Source: a virus. Taken from it: a stretch of 64,000 nt of DNA. The notes below the pieces were generated by a model. The model was given only the letters and a program-made list of their open reading frames with translations. It ran no database searches and was not told the DNA's origin. Within the stretch, counting starts at the first letter, position 1. Every line of letters starts with the position of its first letter. Where the stretch lies: positions 32,001 through 96,000 of IMG/VR virus record IMGVR_UViG_3300029319_000012; one strand, given 5' to 3'. Positions 9,266-17,661 of this stretch are shown here, piece by piece. Made by a program: the position numbers and the translations under genes.

Positions 9266-10053
9266 AAGTAGCAGTATTAATAACAGGACAGTTAAGAGAC
9301 TATAAAGTTAATTGCATTAATCATGTCAAGCATTTATTAGAGCCAAACAACGCAGATGTGTTTGGCTATATATGCACAAAAAATACTTTGCATTCGTGTG
9401 GTCAGTCTTTAGAGCAGAAATATTATTTAACAAATGAATATCAAGAAGAAGAAATAAAAACTAGCCTATCTGAAATTTATGGTGATCACCTAAAAGATAT
9501 TGTTGTTGATTCAAATGAAAAACTGCCAGATGATAATTTTGGCACTCTAGGCTATTTCAGGACCAGAATGCAAAATCAGATCGATAACATTGCGAAGGGA
9601 TATGAATTAGCAAAAAACTATTCGAAAAATAATAATTTTGAATACGATGTTATTATTAGATGTCGCCCAGATAACTCTGTATATTTGAGTCCAGTTGATG
9701 TTTCTAAAATTCAGTTTAAAGACGATTTAATCTACAGCACAGTTTTTATGCCATCTGGTCATAGAGATTTGTGCTTTTTTGCTATGTCAAATCCTCAAAC
9801 ATTTGAAAAGTATATTACATATAAGTATTTGGACGGCGAAGACGCTAGCAGGACAGACAGTAATTTTAAATGCACCGAACATGCATGGGAGGACTACTTA
9901 GTTTCAATGGGCGTTCAGGTTGCCTATGTTCAGGATATTTGTCGTCCATTTACTGGATTTTATAAAGATCGACCGGTCTCTGATTTTCCTTATAGAGTAA
10001 AAGATGCAAAATTAATTGATGCTGAGGGCAACTTTGTTGATCAGGTAATATAA
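9262..10053 (+). CDS. Putative glycosyltransferase-like protein of polysaccharide loci
   Basis: MKVAVLITGQLR N-terminus and YDVIIRCRPD motif, typical of a GT-A-like family in phage and LPS loci. Confidence 0.6.
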   Translation: MKVAVLITGQLRDYKVNCINHVKHLLEPNNADVFGYICTKNTLHSCGQSLEQKYYLTNEYQEEEIKTSLSEIYGDHLKDIVVDSNEKLPDDNFGTLGYFRTRMQNQIDNIAKGYELAKNYSKNNNFEYDVIIRCRPDNSVYLSPVDVSKIQFKDDLIYSTVFMPSGHRDLCFFAMSNPQTFEKYITYKYLDGEDASRTDSNFKCTEHAWEDYLVSMGVQVAYVQDICRPFTGFYKDRPVSDFPYRVKDAKLIDAEGNFVDQVI

Positions 10054-10054
10054 T

Positions 10055-10894
10055 ATGATTTTTCTTCACCTTACAAATGGCTTCGGCAATAACTTGTTTC
10101 AATACATCGCTGCTCGTTTGCTAGCAGAGAAGCACAACAAAAAACTAATTGTCATACCACCTAGTAAAACTTACTATGGCACGGATGAACTAAAAAAAAT
10201 AAATGTGCAGTTTTCGTCAGCTGAAAGAAAGGGCAACTTGGCTCATGTTAATGATACTAACTACTTAGCTGCCTTCAAGCCAGAATACTCTGAATTTTCT
10301 TTTGTTATGTGTGGGTACTTTGAAGACTATCGTTATTATATTGATCATATTGAAAAAATAAAAACTTGGTTTCCACAGCCATCTGAAGCAAATAATAAAG
10401 ATCTCGTTATTCATTTACGTGCAGGGGACAGGCTTTTTTATAAGAATGAGTTCGATACAAAGCCAACTGCTGAGCATTTTAAAAATGCAATAAAAAACTT
10501 TAATTTTGATGGTTTACATATTGTCTCTGATATGCCAAAATGGGAGCATATAAATACTAAAGATTTAAACCATATGAGTTTTCATTATAATGTACCAAAA
10601 AAACAAAGAGTAGAAGCACAAAAATCTGTTGACTACTTTAATTCTCTTGTTGATTGCTTTTCAAAATATAATCCTGTTTTTAAAAAGAGAAGCGTGGCTG
10701 ATGATTTTCAGTTTATTAGGGGCTTTAAAAATATTTTATTTCAACACGGCACCATGAGCTGGTGGGCTGCTGCTTTAAGTGAAGCCGAAAGAGTGGGTGT
10801 TTACGGTCCCTGGCGTCCATGGAAAGGCGCCTCAAACAAAAATTTAAGCAATGTGCCAATTGATAGTTGGTTTAAGTGGGGTGAGGATGTCTGA
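10055..10894 (+). CDS. GT11-like (alpha-1,2-fucosyltransferase family) glycosyltransferase
   Basis: GFGNNLFQY, GYFED, IHLRAGD, GTMSWWAA motifs. Confidence 0.8.
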   Translation: MIFLHLTNGFGNNLFQYIAARLLAEKHNKKLIVIPPSKTYYGTDELKKINVQFSSAERKGNLAHVNDTNYLAAFKPEYSEFSFVMCGYFEDYRYYIDHIEKIKTWFPQPSEANNKDLVIHLRAGDRLFYKNEFDTKPTAEHFKNAIKNFNFDGLHIVSDMPKWEHINTKDLNHMSFHYNVPKKQRVEAQKSVDYFNSLVDCFSKYNPVFKKRSVADDFQFIRGFKNILFQHGTMSWWAAALSEAERVGVYGPWRPWKGASNKNLSNVPIDSWFKWGEDV

Positions 10895-11765
10895 TAAAAA
10901 AAGATGCTTGGTGACAGGACACAAAGGATACATTGGTTCTAAGCTATACAACAAGCTACAAAACATGGGTCATGAGGTTTTAGGGATTGATTTAGTTGAT
11001 GGCGATGATCTATGCATGCTTAATTCTAACGATCATGCAAAGTATTTTAATTTTCAACCAGAGTATATATTTCATTTAGCATGCTGGCCACGTGTTGGAT
11101 TCAGTATTGAAAACCCTGTAGCAACTATGAAAAATAATGTAATGGCTGGAACAGTCTTATTAGATTATGCAAAAAAAGTGGGCGCCAAAAGAGTTATTTA
11201 CTCTAGTTCTTCATCGATTCTTGGCAACGGTCAAGGACCTGAAAGTCCATATGCGCTACAAAAAATGGTTACAGAGGTTGAGTGCAAGTTATACGCTTCC
11301 CTTTATGATATTGACACAGTTTCTTTGCGTTATTTTAACGTTTACTCAGAAGATCAACAAGCAGATGGTCCATATGCAACAGCCATATGCAATTGGATGA
11401 AGTATATTAAAGAAGATAAAACACCATTTATTACAGGTGATGGAGAGCAGCGACGAGACATGTTGCATGTTGACGATGCTATCTCTGCCAATATATTTGC
11501 CATGGAAAGAGGTGAAAACTTTAATGGCGGCGTATATGATGTTGGTACCGGAAACAACATATCGCTAAACGAAGTAAAGCATATTGTAAATGGCTTCTTC
11601 CCTGATGTATCTTTTGAATACCGTGACGATAGACCAAATGAAGTTAGAGAAACAAAAGCTTTAATTTATCCATTAAAACAATTAGGTTGGCAAACCAATA
11701 TTACAATTGAATCAGGAATATCTAGTTGTTTTGAAAATCTAAAACAGGAGTTAGAAAATGTATAA
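10887..11765 (+). CDS. NAD-dependent nucleotide-sugar epimerase/dehydratase (extended SDR)
   Basis: TGHKGYIGS, YSSSS, YxxxK (YALQK), LRYFNVY, GDGEQRRD; start set to ATG 10887. Confidence 0.9.
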   Translation: MSDKKRCLVTGHKGYIGSKLYNKLQNMGHEVLGIDLVDGDDLCMLNSNDHAKYFNFQPEYIFHLACWPRVGFSIENPVATMKNNVMAGTVLLDYAKKVGAKRVIYSSSSSILGNGQGPESPYALQKMVTEVECKLYASLYDIDTVSLRYFNVYSEDQQADGPYATAICNWMKYIKEDKTPFITGDGEQRRDMLHVDDAISANIFAMERGENFNGGVYDVGTGNNISLNEVKHIVNGFFPDVSFEYRDDRPNEVRETKALIYPLKQLGWQTNITIESGISSCFENLKQELENV

Positions 11766-11934
11766 ACTATCAGACGAAGCGCTCGGAGCTGTTATGCTCG
11801 CGCTACAAAATTCATTAATGCATCAAACGGATATTGTCCCAGTTTTAAAGAACTTTGATTTTAAGCCCGATGACAAAAGCGAGCTTTATGTGATGAATCC
11901 GCCTATTCTTAAAATGGATCATCCAGAAGAATGA
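11758..11934 (+). CDS. Small hypothetical protein (58 aa), absent from the ORF track
   Basis: MYKLSDEALGAVMLALQNSLMHQTDIVPVLKNFDFKPDDKSELYVMNPPILKMDHPEE; AGGAG upstream; fills the gap and overlaps the next ATG (TGATG). Confidence 0.75.
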   Translation: MYKLSDEALGAVMLALQNSLMHQTDIVPVLKNFDFKPDDKSELYVMNPPILKMDHPEE

Positions 11935-12197
11935 TGCCAAAATACATCTATAAGTGTAAAAATTGCGATAGTCTTTTAACTTTTTATCATTCTGTATCTG
12001 AAAACAGATCAGACTGCACAGAGTGTGGAACAAAAGATATTTTAGTTAAAACACCGCCAAATTTTATGCTGTATAAAGATGTTGATCAAAATAAGAAAGT
12101 CGGAGATGAAGTTAAAAAATCAATTGAGGACTTTAGATCCGATCTTGAAGATGAGAAGCAGAGGTTAAGAGAGAGTGTTTGGCAACCAGATGATTAA
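11934..12197 (+). CDS. FmdB-family zinc-ribbon putative regulatory protein
   Basis: MPKYIYKCKNC...CTECG signature. Confidence 0.8.
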   Translation: MPKYIYKCKNCDSLLTFYHSVSENRSDCTECGTKDILVKTPPNFMLYKDVDQNKKVGDEVKKSIEDFRSDLEDEKQRLRESVWQPDD

Positions 12198-12582
12198 ATA
12201 TGGATTAGCGGCATCTGTCATTATCAATGCTGTTTTTTTAATGTATGTGCTTGGTGTAGTTTATTTTTTGCTATACGTGAGTGCTTTAATTAATATTTTA
12301 TTAATTGTTTACTGTGTAACTCTTTTAAGAAAAGAAAATAGACTCAGGGATGATGTCATGTCAATTTTTAAGTCTATAGAGGAATTTTCAGATCATTTAG
12401 ATAATTTATATTCTCTAGAGACTTTTTATGGGGATGAAACCATTCAAGGCTTAATCGACCACTCTAGAGGTGTCATTAATGATATTGTCAATATGCAAGA
12501 AAAATATTATGATGACGTAGAAGTTGAGGAAATTAAGTATGACGAAGCCCAAGAGGACGCGCCGGAAAAGGACAACGAATAG
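12190..12582 (+). CDS. Membrane protein (two N-terminal hydrophobic helices, acidic coiled C-terminus)
   Basis: About 45-aa hydrophobic N-terminus; start set to ATG 12190. Confidence 0.65.
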   Translation: MIKYGLAASVIINAVFLMYVLGVVYFLLYVSALINILLIVYCVTLLRKENRLRDDVMSIFKSIEEFSDHLDNLYSLETFYGDETIQGLIDHSRGVINDIVNMQEKYYDDVEVEEIKYDEAQEDAPEKDNE

Positions 12583-13240
12583 GTACTTTACCAAAGTACA
12601 TGAAGACGCAATAATTAAATATGCTTTAACAGACTCTAGAGCTGTTAGATCTGATTTATATATTGAGTTTATCGAGCCAGCTTTTCACGAGATGGTAGAA
12701 AAGATTGTTTTTACATATAAGTTTAATAATCTACCAAACATTGATTATTTAAAAGATGATTGTAAAATATGGCTAATGACAATCCTTGATAAGTATGATC
12801 CTAACAGAAAGTCAAAAGCGTTCTCTTATTTTAGTGTTATTACAAAAAATTGGTTTATTCATAAAGTAAAGCAAAACTCTAAAAAACTTAAAAGAGATCT
12901 TAAGTATGAAGATCTAACTAAAGAAACAGAGATTAAAGAGTTAATTGTAGAAAATACTTATGAATCTGACAGAGAAGAAAGAGAATTTTGGATGCATCTT
13001 TTTCAAGAGATGGAAAGTTGGGAAAAGCTTAAGCTTAAAGATAATGAGAAAAAAGTACTTGATGCCATAAAAATTCTATTTGACAGCATTGAACAAATTG
13101 AGATTTTTAACAAAAAAGCTATTTACCTATACATGAGAGAAATCACAGGGTTGAATACAAAACAGATTGTCAATAACCTGAATAGAATCAGAAAAAGGTA
13201 TAGGAGCTTTGTTGTCGAATGGCAAAAGGGAAACATATAG
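12539..13240 (+). CDS. Phage RNA polymerase sigma factor (late, gp55-like)
   Basis: YFTKVHEDAI, KYDPNRKSKAFSYFSVITKNWFI (region 2-like), C-terminal HTH-like REITGLNTKQI; GAGGA before ATG 12539. Confidence 0.72.
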   Translation: MTKPKRTRRKRTTNRYFTKVHEDAIIKYALTDSRAVRSDLYIEFIEPAFHEMVEKIVFTYKFNNLPNIDYLKDDCKIWLMTILDKYDPNRKSKAFSYFSVITKNWFIHKVKQNSKKLKRDLKYEDLTKETEIKELIVENTYESDREEREFWMHLFQEMESWEKLKLKDNEKKVLDAIKILFDSIEQIEIFNKKAIYLYMREITGLNTKQIVNNLNRIRKRYRSFVVEWQKGNI

Positions 13241-13515
13241 ATTCTGACGAATATATCAATGAAGCGATTGATAACGTTAGGAAAGACCGCGCTATGGCTT
13301 CGACTTTGCTTATAGAGGTCATGAAGCTTCTTAAGTCAGATGAAAACAAGCATCAATACTCTGGTCCTGTTGCAGCAAAATATTTAGAAACACTGCAGCG
13401 CTCAAATGAGCAGCTTGTTAAGCTAGCTTCATTAATGTCAAAAAAAGAAGCAGCAGTGGCAGACATGTCTTCTATTGATAAATCTGACATATATGATATG
13501 ATCAAAGAGGATTAG
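13219..13515 (+). CDS. Hypothetical helical protein (possibly small-terminase-like)
   Basis: 98 aa, predicted helical; KYLETLQRSNEQLVKL only weakly resembles T4-like gp16 helices. Confidence 0.4.
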   Translation: MAKGKHIDSDEYINEAIDNVRKDRAMASTLLIEVMKLLKSDENKHQYSGPVAAKYLETLQRSNEQLVKLASLMSKKEAAVADMSSIDKSDIYDMIKED

Positions 13516-13517
13516 AT

Positions 13518-16500
13518 GTGTCAAGAACAGTAGAAAATTGGGATTTTGCCAGGGTTCATGATTTTGGAATGATCAATAAGATCAATTCATCTATTCTAAG
13601 GTCCAGATACAACCCAAGAAACGGCGGCTTTGAAGAAGTTAAAAAGCTAATCAGCAGGCAATATGAATTTAATATTTTGCCTGAGCACCATGGTCCACAT
13701 TTAGCAGTTGTCCTTAAAGTGTTAAATGATGGCGCAGACGGCATTTATGCTAGAACAAAAAGCTATAGAAGTTTTTTAAGCGATGATTCGCCCGGCGGGG
13801 CAGGTACAAATCCAAATTTAGTCTTCAGTGAATTAAATCGATCTTTAGGACCAGACGGCGCAAAGCGCAATTTAACTCGTGTTATAGCAAAAGTGCCTGA
13901 TTATGATATCGACTTGCCATGGCCAGAAACAGCCTTTGATCGCAGAGCCTTAAATCTTCATGGTGAATATTGGGCACAATCAACAGACAAACAGTTTAGT
14001 AATCTAAAAGCCGGTCAAGTAATATTAGTTGTTTTTAATAACACGACAATTCGCTCCGCTGCAGCCGATGGAGAATATTCTGGTTTGATTGTTGGCGTCC
14101 CCACTGCCAGGTTTATGAATAGTCTTGCTTTTGCTTCAAACAATGCGGTCTCTTCATTTGAGCCTGTAAACTGCCCTAGCCCACGGCTTTTAATTGGACC
14201 AACTGGAAAAAAAGTTGTTGTTGAAACAAAATCTGATATGCCTACTAGGTTTTTACAAAATATTAAAAGTAAAATAAAAACAGGTATTTATGGAGATGGC
14301 ACGATACAAACAAAAACACATTTTTCTAATTGCTTAAGTGCCTTTACAATTTCTCACAAAAACAAAATTAACAGCCCAGCCCCTGGTCCATCAAGTGCTT
14401 TTATATGGGTTGGGCACCTTAGATCAAATGGACCATTGGATTTGCTTGACAGGGCAATGTCTAAGGGCAGAGAAACAATTATATACGCACCAAGGCACTT
14501 TGATATTAATGCACCATTTGAGATAAAATATTATCTTCATGATTTTGCTGGTTTTGGTCGAGCATGGATTGAGGGTCCAGATACAGCGATTGATAAAGCT
14601 GCCAAGGCAGACCCTGAGCTTGGCGGTCCTAACGATTTTGTAACAAAAATCGCCCCTGCTATTAATGACATGATTAAAGATAAAAGAAACTTTATTTTAG
14701 TCATACCAGAACTTATGCATTCTATGGGCTTTGGAACGGGCAATACAGAAACTGGCAGGGTCAGCGCCCTAGCAAACGGTGAACTATTTTCTGATGGCAA
14801 TCATCCTTTTAAGCCAGAGTTTATTCCTCAAGAACGCTTGAGGTCAACTCCTCTAATGACGGATCCACAAATGCGGGCTGCAGTGTTTGGGTACTTAAAC
14901 ACAATGTCTGCAAAAGTTGGTGAAAAGCTGTCAACAATAACCCTGCTAACAGGACGATCAGTTTCCTCTTTTACAGCTGGCTATACATCTGGAGATTTTC
15001 AAAATTTTCATTCAGATGTTTTAGAAATATTGGAGCAATATTTAGGGGTAGATTATTCTTTATTAGATTACACACACCTAATCGGAGATAATGCCGGCGC
15101 ACTTACAATAGCCTCAATGGGTTCAACAATAGCTGCCAGCGAAAGCCACAATGCAGGACAAGATTCTTTCAACAGCATGATTGCAGCTGCTAAAGTTAGG
15201 AGGATTGATTTTATTGACAGAGGCAGTGCCAATCAGACACTTGGCTTGTTTGAAAAAGCACCACCAGTCCAGTTTTATGAAGATTTTTTAAGCAATCTTA
15301 GCACGCCCTTGGAATTTAATTATGTTACTTTTCACAAAGGCGGCTCTTCTGTTGGTGCTTCTAGAACATTTTTCGATTTGTTGCCACCAGAAATTCACGT
15401 TAATGAGTTTTCAACGAATTACACTGCTGGCGTCGATGGCTTTGCTTTTTCTTTGAATAATGGTCCTGGAACTATTAATTTATTATTGCATAAGCCATCC
15501 AGCGGCGCCTCCACAGATGCAGCTACAGGGCTGTGCTTTTCCTATAAAAGTGATAATGACCAGGCGCCAGTTCGTCCAGCTGGTTCTTACACTTATCAAC
15601 AGCCCTCAACCACACCAAATCATGCTGGCGCTCTGCAGAGATCATCAGGAAACCGCGAGGTTGCAGAAAGATTAGAAAAAATTACCAATCGAAACGTTAT
15701 TTTATCTTATTTTGAAACAGCGCTGCAGAGAATATCAACTAACGGATTAGCTGCTTTTTGCAACGATGACGAAAGTGTCCCACAAAATCAGTTAGTATAT
15801 CAAAAATATTGCGAAAATGGTATAGTAAATACACAGCAGGGTGGCATTTTTGCGATAGATCATTCATCTTGGATTGAAAATCGGTTTGGTCAATTAAAAG
15901 ACAATTATTTTCTTATTCCATTTTATACACAACTGAGTCAAATAAACTCTGAGGACGATTTCAAAGCACAAATAGAAGAATATAAAGCTGCTCTAGAAGA
16001 AGCTAAAAAAGAAATAAAAGAGTCGCCTGAAATTAACACATCAGTTGTTCCTGCGTTGGCATCGCTTAACGGAGCTACTATAAAAAAACGTTATGATTTA
16101 TTAAAAACTTTTAATAAGGATTATTGGACTTCAGGCGGCGCGTATCAGTTTATGCTGGGGGTTGATAGTTTTAACAGTGCAGACGAAGCAACATCGTTAT
16201 TGGATCCAGCCGGCGGTTTTATTGGCGAAGTTTTATACGCTAATGCAAAAGCAGAAGCTTATGAAGAGATGGTTAAAGCTTTGGAGTCAAAAAAAGAAGA
16301 TTTTGCAGAGCGCAATAAAGACCAAAGAGTTGCAACCAGTTTTGATTGTAAGCCAAATTCGAAAAGAATCAGCGAGCTGGGCGTTCGTCGACAAGGAAAC
16401 GAAGGAAAAGTTGGAGACTCAGTTGATGTAGGCTGTTCTGGTCTTACCGTTCAAACTATTCGCGGAGCTTTTAGAAATACTAGAGATATTGTTTCATTTC

Positions 16501-17621
16501 TGCCTTATACTCCATCCTCTAGCGATTTTGAACCATTTGAAAAAATATCTAACGTAAGAGTTTCAAAAAACAATACTGGCATAAAAGAGAAAATTTCACA
16601 AAAATATTCTGAGTTTGGCAAAACTGCAGAGGCTGCAGATTTTAAAGGAATAGAAACAATTGTTAGAGTTAAAGATAACGCACAAGGAAGAATAGGAGCT
16701 GGATCTAAACGAAGTGTAAAAGTGTTTGGCTGCATAGCAAGATTAATTTCTGAATCTTGGGCAGAGGCTACTAGGCGATCTGGCTACTTGCCGTTCAGAG
16801 CTGTTAATGGGCTGGTGGGCGATCTTGGCGTTGAAGGAATAACTGCGTATTCAAGGGGCGTTTCCCCTTTTGCTTACGGGCTAGCTATAACAATTGATCC
16901 TTTTTTATGCCTTAGCGTGTCACCTGAAAATATGACTAATTCAATATGGACTGGTGCTTGGACTCCAAGCTTAACAAGCACAAAGGTGGTGGTTGAGCAG
17001 TTAATGGAGTACGGTGTTTTTAAAACAGCTTCTGTTGATAATTTTAGAAAACTAGCTTTCACAAATGTTGCATCAAGGCAACTACGAGATGTTGGGGCAC
17101 TCAATCAAGCTTTTGTTGAAGGTGCCTATAACGTAGATATTGATGATATTAACAAATTGATGCAGCTAGCAAATGATAATAGTATTGGCGCTTATGGCAA
17201 GATATCAAGAGATGCCGCAGGCTCATCAATTTGTCCTGTGATGGCAAATCCAACCAAGTGGATGGTTGAGTTTTGTGAAAGAAGTGGGATGAGATGGTAC
17301 AATTCTTTCTTTTTAAAGAAAAGATGGAATCAAGGATCAAAAAAATGGATTGATATTCAAGCTGGGACGGCAAATGATTTTACCAGCAGAGAAAAAAACT
17401 TTTTAAGTAGAGTGTATGATATTCCAAATATCGTTGAAAGAGTTAGAGCTGTATCTGTTGATTTTAGAAAACCATATCATAGAATAGATAAGCATGCTCA
17501 ATTCATGTTTACGGATTTAAGAACACCATATATTCCATTTTCAGAAATTGTGCAAGCTAAGAATGCGGTTGATGCTATGGCACGTGCCTTCGCTGCACGA
17601 GATCGCGCGTTAGCAGATTGA
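13518..17621 (+). CDS. Baseplate hub protein (gp5 N-terminal OB-fold-like) with degenerate alpha/beta-hydrolase and peptidase M15-like domains
   Basis: N-terminal AVVLKV..VIAKVP..LKAGQVILVVF (OB-like); middle IYAP..YYLHD..LIGDNAG; C-terminal SPFAYGLAITIDP..GMRW..HAQF; lies upstream of the spike and gp25 genes. Confidence 0.5.
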   Translation: MSRTVENWDFARVHDFGMINKINSSILRSRYNPRNGGFEEVKKLISRQYEFNILPEHHGPHLAVVLKVLNDGADGIYARTKSYRSFLSDDSPGGAGTNPNLVFSELNRSLGPDGAKRNLTRVIAKVPDYDIDLPWPETAFDRRALNLHGEYWAQSTDKQFSNLKAGQVILVVFNNTTIRSAAADGEYSGLIVGVPTARFMNSLAFASNNAVSSFEPVNCPSPRLLIGPTGKKVVVETKSDMPTRFLQNIKSKIKTGIYGDGTIQTKTHFSNCLSAFTISHKNKINSPAPGPSSAFIWVGHLRSNGPLDLLDRAMSKGRETIIYAPRHFDINAPFEIKYYLHDFAGFGRAWIEGPDTAIDKAAKADPELGGPNDFVTKIAPAINDMIKDKRNFILVIPELMHSMGFGTGNTETGRVSALANGELFSDGNHPFKPEFIPQERLRSTPLMTDPQMRAAVFGYLNTMSAKVGEKLSTITLLTGRSVSSFTAGYTSGDFQNFHSDVLEILEQYLGVDYSLLDYTHLIGDNAGALTIASMGSTIAASESHNAGQDSFNSMIAAAKVRRIDFIDRGSANQTLGLFEKAPPVQFYEDFLSNLSTPLEFNYVTFHKGGSSVGASRTFFDLLPPEIHVNEFSTNYTAGVDGFAFSLNNGPGTINLLLHKPSSGASTDAATGLCFSYKSDNDQAPVRPAGSYTYQQPSTTPNHAGALQRSSGNREVAERLEKITNRNVILSYFETALQRISTNGLAAFCNDDESVPQNQLVYQKYCENGIVNTQQGGIFAIDHSSWIENRFGQLKDNYFLIPFYTQLSQINSEDDFKAQIEEYKAALEEAKKEIKESPEINTSVVPALASLNGATIKKRYDLLKTFNKDYWTSGGAYQFMLGVDSFNSADEATSLLDPAGGFIGEVLYANAKAEAYEEMVKALESKKEDFAERNKDQRVATSFDCKPNSKRISELGVRRQGNEGKVGDSVDVGCSGLTVQTIRGAFRNTRDIVSFLPYTPSSSDFEPFEKISNVRVSKNNTGIKEKISQKYSEFGKTAEAADFKGIETIVRVKDNAQGRIGAGSKRSVKVFGCIARLISESWAEATRRSGYLPFRAVNGLVGDLGVEGITAYSRGVSPFAYGLAITIDPFLCLSVSPENMTNSIWTGAWTPSLTSTKVVVEQLMEYGVFKTASVDNFRKLAFTNVASRQLRDVGALNQAFVEGAYNVDIDDINKLMQLANDNSIGAYGKISRDAAGSSICPVMANPTKWMVEFCERSGMRWYNSFFLKKRWNQGSKKWIDIQAGTANDFTSREKNFLSRVYDIPNIVERVRAVSVDFRKPYHRIDKHAQFMFTDLRTPYIPFSEIVQAKNAVDAMARAFAARDRALAD

Positions 17622-17625
17622 TCAT

Positions 17626-17654
17626 TTTACAATAATTTTTTCATAGGATATAAT
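17626..17654 (+). promoter_or_regulatory. Sigma70-type promoter TTTACA-N17-TATAAT
   Basis: Near-consensus hexamers with 17-nt spacer in a 40-nt intergenic gap; ATG 17662 begins 7 nt after the -10. Confidence 0.7.
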
Positions 17655-17661
17655 AAACAGC

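Noticed and set aside
91-11765. Bacterial O-antigen/capsule locus or eukaryotic giant virus origin
   Set aside because: Contiguous and co-oriented with gp25/gp6 baseplate, sigma factor and DnaG primase genes; no wzx/wzy or NCLDV core genes in the window
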